A DNA stretch of 64,000 bases from contig JBCBUK010000003.1 in the NCBI GenBank assembly GCA_039818205.1, positions 256,001 to 320,000 of the forward strand, written 5' to 3'. Of this stretch, positions 57,166 through 64,000 are shown in pieces. A model generated the notes under the pieces. It searched no databases and was not told the DNA's origin. It worked only from the letters and a program-made list of their open reading frames with translations. Numbering within the stretch: position 1 is the stretch's first letter; every line of letters begins with the position of its first letter. The stretch is from Verrucomicrobiota bacterium. GTDB lineage: Bacteria > Verrucomicrobiota > Verrucomicrobiia > Opitutales > Cerasicoccaceae. The position numbers were made by a program, and so were the translations under genes.

Positions 57166-58656
57166 ATGTCAGTAACGCTTCACGACACGCTCAGCCGCAC
57201 CTCTAAAACGCTCGCTCCATCGGACGGTCAGACTTACCGTTTCTACTGCTGTGGGCCGACCGTGTATGGCCCGGCGCACATCGGCAATTTCCGCGCGTTC
57301 ATCGTGCAGGACCTCTTGCGCCGCGTGTTGGAAACCGACTTTCTGGCCCACGCCGATCCCAATGCCGAGCCCGTGGCCATGAAGCACGTCCGCAATATCA
57401 CCGATGTGGACGACAAGACAATCCGCCAAAGCCAGGTCGAAGGGAAAACGCTGAAGGACTTCACCGTTTATTGGACGGAGAAGTTTCACGCCGATTGTGA
57501 AGCGCTCAATTTGCGAGTGCCCCATATCGAGCCTCGCGCGACCGACCACATTGCCGAGCAAGTCGAAATGGTCGAGCGTCTACTCAACAAGGGATTTGCC
57601 TACGTGGGCGGTGATGGCTCCGTGTATTTCAAAGTTTCCCAATGTGAGCACTATGGCGAACTCGCTCACCTCGATCCGGATGAGTTGCAAACCCAGAGTG
57701 CCAATAGCGCTGGGGAGGCCAATGACGCGGATGAATACGACCGCGACTCAGTGAGTGATTTTGCCCTGTGGAAGGCCCGTAAGCCCGAGGATGGCGAAAA
57801 CGTCTGGACAGGTCCAAAGGATCCGGCGACCGGTGAAACCATTGATGGGCGCCCAGGCTGGCACCTGGAGTGTAGCGCGATGAGCACCGCCTATCTTGGC
57901 GAGTCATTCGACCTTCACGGGGGCGGAGTCGACCTCTGCTTCCCCCACCACGAGAACGAAATTGCCCAAAGCGAGTGCGCCAGCAATGTCCGCCCATTCT
58001 GCCATCACTGGTTTCATAACGCCCACCTGATGGTCGAAGGCAAAAAGATGTCGAAGAGTCTCGGTAATCTCTACACCTTGGACCAGCTGGCTGAAAAGGG
58101 TCACCGTCCGAACGTCGTCCGCTATGCCCTGATCAACGGCCACTATCGCCAGCAATTGAATTTCACGTTCAACGGATTGCAGGCTGCCGCCAGTGCCTTG
58201 GGCAAACTCGAAAAGGCTCTAAAGCCGATTCTCGAGCACATCGGTATGACCCCCGACGAGTTTCACGAGCTTTGCGGCGAACCGAGCTCGCTCGCCACGA
58301 CCGGCATGTTTGTGCGTGCTTGGGAGAGTTTGTGCGATGACCTCAATGTTCCGGGTGCTTTCGGTGAGATCTTCAGCAACATTGGCGAACTCAATGACCC
58401 CGCCTATGATAAGTCTGCCGTAAGTGGACAGGTTCGGGCGCTAGCGGGCTTACTGTACTGCATGGGCCTCGTCTTGTTCGAAGTCGAGGAGACCCAGGTG
58501 GACGCGCCGGAAAATGTTGTTCAGTTGGCCGCCCAACGTTGGGAGGCAAAAACGCAGCGAGATTTTGCGACGGCCGATGCCTTGCGCGCGGAGATCAAGG
58601 CCGCCGGTTGGGAAGTGTTGGACAGCAAAGACGGCTACGAACTAACGCCCGTCTGA
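57166..58656 (+). CDS. cysS: Cysteine--tRNA ligase
   Basis: CGPTVY, HIGN, TDVDDK, PGWHLECS, FPHHENE, KMSKSLGN. Confidence 0.98.
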   Translation: MSVTLHDTLSRTSKTLAPSDGQTYRFYCCGPTVYGPAHIGNFRAFIVQDLLRRVLETDFLAHADPNAEPVAMKHVRNITDVDDKTIRQSQVEGKTLKDFTVYWTEKFHADCEALNLRVPHIEPRATDHIAEQVEMVERLLNKGFAYVGGDGSVYFKVSQCEHYGELAHLDPDELQTQSANSAGEANDADEYDRDSVSDFALWKARKPEDGENVWTGPKDPATGETIDGRPGWHLECSAMSTAYLGESFDLHGGGVDLCFPHHENEIAQSECASNVRPFCHHWFHNAHLMVEGKKMSKSLGNLYTLDQLAEKGHRPNVVRYALINGHYRQQLNFTFNGLQAAASALGKLEKALKPILEHIGMTPDEFHELCGEPSSLATTGMFVRAWESLCDDLNVPGAFGEIFSNIGELNDPAYDKSAVSGQVRALAGLLYCMGLVLFEVEETQVDAPENVVQLAAQRWEAKTQRDFATADALRAEIKAAGWEVLDSKDGYELTPV

Positions 58657-59003
58657 ATCTTGTCGAGGTAGGCGTCGAGTTCTTCCGAGCTGGAGAAAAC
58701 CTCTTTGATTGGAATCGCTTTTACGATTTCGAACACTTTGGCCACCTGGGGGCTGGGATTGGCGAAAACCACCTTGCCTTCACGGTGAGCAAATTCCCGC
58801 CGGGCGAGCGCGAATGCCCGCAAGCCAGCACTGGAGACGTAGTGTAAGTCTTTTAAATCGATGGCCAGGTATTTGACCGATTTGTCGACCTCACGCTTCA
58901 AAAACTCCTCGAACTGAGGCGACGTGTTGGTATCAAGGCTTCCGTTGAGGAATACCGTTACGCGGTTTTGATTGCCCGTCAGGGCGTCTATTTGAAGACT
59001 CAT
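58635..59003 (-). CDS. STAS-domain anti-sigma factor antagonist
   Basis: GSLDTNTS, DLKDLHYVSSAGLR. Confidence 0.92.
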   Translation of the reverse strand: MSLQIDALTGNQNRVTVFLNGSLDTNTSPQFEEFLKREVDKSVKYLAIDLKDLHYVSSAGLRAFALARREFAHREGKVVFANPSPQVAKVFEIVKAIPIKEVFSSSEELDAYLDKIQTGVSS

Positions 59004-59004
59004 G

Positions 59005-59442
59005 TCAAGTAGTAGGATTGATCGACGGTAAGAGAACCTTTAAGTGGTTTTTATTCCCGCGTCGATTGTATTCTATCGATTGCGCAATTTGCTCGACGAT
59101 AAAGAAGCCGAACCCACCCTCTATCCGCTCCTCATCGTCGGCGTCCAGGTCGGGGGATTCGATCGAGGATAACGGATTGAATTCCTTTCCGGTATCGGTG
59201 ATTTCCAGTGTGATGGTGCCAGAATTCTGGCGGCAGCAGATCTCAATGGGTGCCCCATCCGCTGGCACTCCACTGTGCTGGATAGCGTTCACCAGGAGTT
59301 CTTCGGAAACCAAGAGAGCATCGAGGATGAGTTCGTTGGGCACACTCAAAGTCTCCAGGAATTGCCTAAGGTCGCTTTTCACTTGGAGGAGGGCAGATTT
59401 CTGGGCGGGAAGAGTAGTGCGCCAGCTCGGCTCTTCGGTCAT
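59005..59442 (-). CDS. RsbW-like anti-sigma factor Ser/Thr kinase (HATPase_c_2)
   Basis: EELLVNAIQH, DTGKEFNP, GGFGFFIV. Confidence 0.9.
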   Translation of the reverse strand: MTEEPSWRTTLPAQKSALLQVKSDLRQFLETLSVPNELILDALLVSEELLVNAIQHSGVPADGAPIEICCRQNSGTITLEITDTGKEFNPLSSIESPDLDADDEERIEGGFGFFIVEQIAQSIEYNRRGNKNHLKVLLPSINPTT

Positions 59443-59625
59443 GCCAAAATCCCCTACTTGGGCTTTGGGTTTTTGGCAAGCACTGAGCACCGATGTCGCA
59501 GACCGTCTGGGACTTATTGATTAGTGATGGTCGATAATAGTTAATTTTCTAAGTCTAAATAGGGTCAAACAGGCTCAGTGATGGATTGCACTTTCCTGGG
59601 CTGTAGTATTTTATCTCGGGTCCAA

Positions 59626-60426
59626 ATGGAACTTAGGCAACTTCCCGCTGGTGCTATTGTGTTTCGTCAGGGCGAGTATTCGCAGGACGTTTATCGTATT
59701 GTGTCTGGAAAAGCTGTGGTCAGCATCAGTCACGATGAAGGCCAGGAGATCACCTTGGCTGAATTGGGGGCAGACGACATATTTGGCGAGATGGCCATGA
59801 TCGACGAAAGTCCCCGGTCGGCGACAATAAAGGTCACCGAAGATGCTGAGCTCGAGGTCATGGAGCCCTATGACTTTACGGATATGTTTTTCAGCAATCC
59901 GACTGCGCTGGCGCCCTATTTGACCTGTCTGATCGATCGCTTGCGGACGAGCAACGAGAAGGTCAACGACCTTACCGAAGAGGTGGCGCGCTTGAAAAAT
60001 GGCAAGACTCCGACTCGGGCTCCCCTCAGGCGGAATCCAGGCACCGTATTTGGGCATGGGTTGGTGATTACGCCGAAGACCCAACTCGCCAAAAAGACAA
60101 TCTTTCAACCAAAAGTCTCGGTCACGAAATTTCCCTACCGGATTGGTCGCTCAGGCAGCTCGCAGGGGATTGATCTCTTGCAGAAGAATGACCTCTCGCT
60201 GGTCAACGTCGATCCCAGTCAGGTCGCCAAGAGCCACATCTCGATCGAGAGCGAGAACGAGTCCCTCTGGGTTCGGGATCGCAAGACCCGGCGTGGCACG
60301 ATTGTTAATGGCAAGAAGCTGCATCAGGACGATGGCAACTTAGTCTGCCGCCTGACCCATAAGGTCAACGAGATCATCTTGGGTGACGAAAACAGCCCGG
60401 CCGTCTACGAGTTGCGCTTGGTTTAA
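59626..60426 (+). CDS. Cyclic-nucleotide-binding plus FHA domain protein
   Basis: VFRQGE, FGEMAMIDESPRSAT; C-terminal YRIGR...VAKSH...GTIVNG. Confidence 0.85.
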   Translation: MELRQLPAGAIVFRQGEYSQDVYRIVSGKAVVSISHDEGQEITLAELGADDIFGEMAMIDESPRSATIKVTEDAELEVMEPYDFTDMFFSNPTALAPYLTCLIDRLRTSNEKVNDLTEEVARLKNGKTPTRAPLRRNPGTVFGHGLVITPKTQLAKKTIFQPKVSVTKFPYRIGRSGSSQGIDLLQKNDLSLVNVDPSQVAKSHISIESENESLWVRDRKTRRGTIVNGKKLHQDDGNLVCRLTHKVNEIILGDENSPAVYELRLV

Positions 60427-60480
60427 CGCTTGCGGCATCGAGCGATCTCAACATGGTTTTGAGATCAAACTATTGCTGCA

Positions 60481-61557
60481 ATGTCGAGTTCTGTACCACA
60501 CCGAGTCGAAGATATTACCAATGAATGGCTGACAGCAATCCTCCGGGATTCGGGCGCCGTTCAATCAAGTCAGGTTGTGAGTAACACAACCAAAATTCTC
60601 GGCCAAGACATCGGTTTTCTAAGCGTGGTCGCCAAAGTGTCACTCGAGTATGATCAAGCGGAGGAGGGTGCGCCTGCGTCCATCGTCATAAAATTCGAGA
60701 CGCTGCATCCTGAGCGCCGAGGCATCGCGATCGAGCAGCAGGCATTCGAGCGAGAGATCCGCTTCTACCGCGAGGTCGCTCCCGAAGTGGAAGCGCGCCT
60801 GCCCAAGATGTATTACACCTGTTGCGAGCCGCCACACTTCCTTCTTGTGATGGAAGACCTCTCGTATTGCACGCCAGGGGATCAGGTCGTGGGCATGCCC
60901 ATGGAACTGGTTGCAACGTCGGTTCGCCAAATGGCCCAGGTGCATGCAGCTTTCTGGGATAATGATCGACTCAATGCCTTGGACTGGATGCCCGAGACCA
61001 ACAACATCGAGGCGAATTTCGATGAGAATTGGGACTCGTTTGAAGAGCACTTCGGTAAATTTACGACCGAGGAGGGTTTGGCCCTTGGTCGCAGCATGAA
61101 GCCCCACGTGGAGTGGATTTTCAATGAGATTGCCCATCGCCCCAAGACGATTACGCATAATGATCTGCGGGAGGATAATTTGCTCTTTGGCGAGCCTGGA
61201 AGCCCTGACGAGGTAATCATCTTGGATTGGCAATTGGCCACCCGGAGTATGGGCGTGTTCGACGTATCACGTCTCATGGCAGGCAGTGCGCTCCCGGACC
61301 AACGCCGCGGGCACGAGATCGAGATTCTCCGCGTCTGGCACAACACGCTCGTCGAGAACGGCGTTGAGGATTATTATTGGGAAGAAGCACTCTACGATCT
61401 TCGCCTCGCGCTCCTGCAGGGCCTTACCTATCCGATTCATTTTCATCGAGCCTTTATCGGTGAGACGGGCCGCTCCGCCGAGCTTTCCGAAGCTATTGTC
61501 CGTCGCCACTTCGCCTCGGCCATTGATCTCCAAGCCGACGTTGCGCTGCCGAAGTAG
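60481..61557 (+). CDS. APH/choline-ecdysteroid kinase-like phosphotransferase
   Basis: EREIRFY, LVMEDL, HNDLREDNLLF, ILDWQ, FDVS. Confidence 0.85.
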   Translation: MSSSVPHRVEDITNEWLTAILRDSGAVQSSQVVSNTTKILGQDIGFLSVVAKVSLEYDQAEEGAPASIVIKFETLHPERRGIAIEQQAFEREIRFYREVAPEVEARLPKMYYTCCEPPHFLLVMEDLSYCTPGDQVVGMPMELVATSVRQMAQVHAAFWDNDRLNALDWMPETNNIEANFDENWDSFEEHFGKFTTEEGLALGRSMKPHVEWIFNEIAHRPKTITHNDLREDNLLFGEPGSPDEVIILDWQLATRSMGVFDVSRLMAGSALPDQRRGHEIEILRVWHNTLVENGVEDYYWEEALYDLRLALLQGLTYPIHFHRAFIGETGRSAELSEAIVRRHFASAIDLQADVALPK

Positions 61558-61575
61558 GGGCAAATTATATTAGAT

Positions 61576-61788
61576 ATGACTAGTGCATTGATTACCTATC
61601 TGGCCGTTGGGCTATTGCTTTTATCAGCGCTCTATTTTTGGGAGATCAAGACGGCGCCATCGTGGAAGTCCCGAGTGTTGCCGTGGCCCGTGGTGTTCGC
61701 CGAATTAGGTTTTTTGCTCCTGATTGTTTGGCCGATTGTTCTACCGTTCAAATTGATTCAATTGAAGCAGGTCTCTCGATCTCGCTAA
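61576..61788 (+). CDS. Small two-TM hypothetical protein
   Basis: 70-aa hydrophobic ORF filling the gap; YLAVG...LIVWPIVL. Confidence 0.5.
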   Translation: MTSALITYLAVGLLLLSALYFWEIKTAPSWKSRVLPWPVVFAELGFLLLIVWPIVLPFKLIQLKQVSRSR

Positions 61789-61863
61789 AGTTTTTTGAGC
61801 CAATTAGAGTACTCTTTTCCCTCCGTGCTTGCATCGCCCAAATGGGGGGATTAGCCATTCTTT

Positions 61864-63678
61864 ATGTCGACGACAATCCCGGTTAACTGCGAACCCAAGA
61901 CCAATCACCGCGCCCTTTTAAAGTGGGTGGATAAAATGATCACCATGTGCGCGCCGGACGCGGTTCATTGGTGTAGCGGAACGCAGGAGGAGGCCGACGC
62001 GCTTTTCGCCATGATGATGCAGAAGGGCAGTTGTATCAAGCTCGACGAAGATAAGCGTCCAAATAGTTATCTCTTCCGTTCGGATCCCCGGGATGTTGCG
62101 CGGGTTGAGTCGCGCACGTTTATTTGCTCAGTCAACAAGAACGACGCTGGGCCAACGAACAATTGGGAAGAGCCGCGGGCGATGCGCCGCAAGATGAAGA
62201 AGCTTTTCAAAGACTGCATGAAGGGGCGCACCATGTATGTCATCCCTTTCAGTATGGGACCCATCGGCGGACCGATTTCGCAGATTGGCGTTCAGGTGAC
62301 GGATGCGCCTTACGTGGTGGTAAATATGCGGATCATGGCCCGCATTGGTGATGCCGCATTGGATGCCTTGGGCAAAGACGGCTTCTTCGTCCCGTGTCTG
62401 CATTCGGTGGGATGCCCCTTGGAGCCCGGTCAAAAAGATGTCGCCTGGCCCTGTGATCCAGACAACACCCACATCGTCCACTTCCCCGAAGAGCGGACGA
62501 TCGTGTCCTATGGCTCGGGTTACGGTGGCAACGCCTTGCTCGGCAAAAAGTGTTTTGCACTTCGCATCGCTTCAACCATGGCGCGCGACGAGGGATGGCT
62601 GGCCGAGCACATGTTGATCCTCGGGATGAAAGATCCTGAGGGTAACAAGACCTACGTTACCGCGGCGTTCCCGAGTGCCTGCGGAAAGACCAATTTTGCC
62701 ATGTTGATCCCGCCCAAGGAAATGCAGGATCATGAAGTGACCTGCGTGGGCGACGACATCGCGTGGCTCAAACCCGGCCCCGATGGCCGCGTCTACGCGA
62801 TCAACCCCGAAGCTGGTTTCTTCGGAGTCGCTCCGGGCACCTCAGCGGAAACCAACCCGAACGCCATGGCCTCGTGCGCCAAGGACACGATCTTTACCAA
62901 TGTCGCACTCACCGATGATGGCGACGTCTGGTGGGAAGGGATGACCAAGGAGAAGCCGGCGCACCTGATCGATTGGAAAGGGAAGGATTGGACGCCCGAT
63001 TCCGACACGCCAGCCGCCCATCCCAATAGCCGATTTACCGCACCCGCGAGCAACTGCCCGGCGATCGATCCCGATTGGGAAAAGCCGGAGGGCGTGCCCA
63101 TCAGCTCGATCATTTTTGGTGGTCGCCGCATGCAGGACATCCCGCTCGTTTTCCAATCCTTCAACTGGAGCCATGGTGTCTACCTCGGAGCGACCATGGG
63201 CAGTGAGCGCACCGCCGCCGCCGAAGGCAAACAGGGCGAACTCCGCCGCGATCCAATGGCCATGCTTCCGTTCTGCGGTTATCACATGGGAGACTACTTC
63301 CGTCACTGGTTTAATTTTCAAAAGGGCCTTGCCCAGACCCCACGCATCTTCCACGTCAACTGGTTCCGCCGCGGCGAGAACGGTGAGATGCTGTGGCCGG
63401 GCTTCGGTGAAAATATGCGCGTGCTCAAGTGGATCATCGAGCGTTCTTCCGGGAAGAATTTCGCCCGCGAAACGCCACTTGGCTGGATGCCTCACTATGA
63501 TGATATCGACTGGCGCGGGCTCGATTATTCCGAGGAGCAATTCGAAGAAGTCATGTGCTTCAATCGCGACCGCACCAAGATGTCGACCCTCCAGCACGAG
63601 GACCTCTTCCTGCGTCTCTCCGACCATCTCCCCAAGGAACTTATCTTCGAGCGCGAACTATTGATCTCGAGGTTGTAG
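61864..63678 (+). CDS. pckG: Phosphoenolpyruvate carboxykinase (GTP)
   Basis: [49 protein letters not shown]. Confidence 0.97.
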   Translation: MSTTIPVNCEPKTNHRALLKWVDKMITMCAPDAVHWCSGTQEEADALFAMMMQKGSCIKLDEDKRPNSYLFRSDPRDVARVESRTFICSVNKNDAGPTNNWEEPRAMRRKMKKLFKDCMKGRTMYVIPFSMGPIGGPISQIGVQVTDAPYVVVNMRIMARIGDAALDALGKDGFFVPCLHSVGCPLEPGQKDVAWPCDPDNTHIVHFPEERTIVSYGSGYGGNALLGKKCFALRIASTMARDEGWLAEHMLILGMKDPEGNKTYVTAAFPSACGKTNFAMLIPPKEMQDHEVTCVGDDIAWLKPGPDGRVYAINPEAGFFGVAPGTSAETNPNAMASCAKDTIFTNVALTDDGDVWWEGMTKEKPAHLIDWKGKDWTPDSDTPAAHPNSRFTAPASNCPAIDPDWEKPEGVPISSIIFGGRRMQDIPLVFQSFNWSHGVYLGATMGSERTAAAEGKQGELRRDPMAMLPFCGYHMGDYFRHWFNFQKGLAQTPRIFHVNWFRRGENGEMLWPGFGENMRVLKWIIERSSGKNFARETPLGWMPHYDDIDWRGLDYSEEQFEEVMCFNRDRTKMSTLQHEDLFLRLSDHLPKELIFERELLISRL

Positions 63679-63727
63679 AATCATTCGCGATCCTTAGTCC
63701 TTAGAAACGCACAAACTGTTTGAGACC

Positions 63728-64000
63728 ATGAACCAAGCCGCCATCTTCCTATTGTTTGCCGTCTTTGCCGGGATGGCTTTCGCACAAAGCGTCCCTGAAC
63801 CAAAAAGTTTTGATCAAACCGATGGCGTCCTCCAAAACGCGCGCGCGATCGAAGACATCGAGTATACGATGATGGTCCAGCGCGCCACGCAAACGGCAAT
63901 TTATTATATGCCTGCGGTGGGAATGGTCGACTTCATCAAGGCCACGCGTCGCATTGGTGGCGACATCAATGATGTCGTATACCTGTATGAACCATTGGGC
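63728..64000 (+). CDS. Secreted protein, probably DUF1254 family (runs off the window end)
   Basis: Translated by hand: MNQAAIFLLFAVFAGMAFAQ...QRATQTAIYYMPAV...NDVVY; open to the window end. Confidence 0.6.
   Translation, partial: MNQAAIFLLFAVFAGMAFAQSVPEPKSFDQTDGVLQNARAIEDIEYTMMVQRATQTAIYYMPAVGMVDFIKATRRIGGDINDVVYLYEPLG

Overview
A 64 kb, moderately GC-rich, gene-dense bacterial chromosome segment. Gene content and style suggest Verrucomicrobiota/Opitutales (inference, not proven). It is mostly housekeeping: pnp-rpsO, xth, a molybdenum-cofactor operon running into rnhB-pdxJ-acpS-nnr-dprA, hisA, aroB, tal, the carboxy(nor)spermidine pathway, sppA, sufT, rlmH, pyrH, metY, gatCAB, coaB, hemB, cysS and pckG. 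It also has an MCE/PqiC transporter, three outer-membrane proteins and several signalling genes. I found no tRNA, rRNA, CRISPR array, transposase, integrase or prophage. The best leads for something undescribed are: (1) a small PD-(D/E)xK-like nuclease-fold protein ending in a beta-clamp-binding motif (QMDLF), with a similar motif (QVELF) on RNase HII; (2) a plant-type SABATH methyltransferase inside the polyamine CASDH...nspC locus; (3) an 827-bp ORF-free, hairpin-rich region between pyrH and metY that may encode a non-coding RNA; (4) a structured, possibly pseudoknotted rpsO leader; (5) two porin genes with sigma-54 promoters, one heading the Moco cluster; (6) a histidine kinase with four OB-fold-like extracytoplasmic repeats. 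All calls come from reading motifs by eye; no searches were run.
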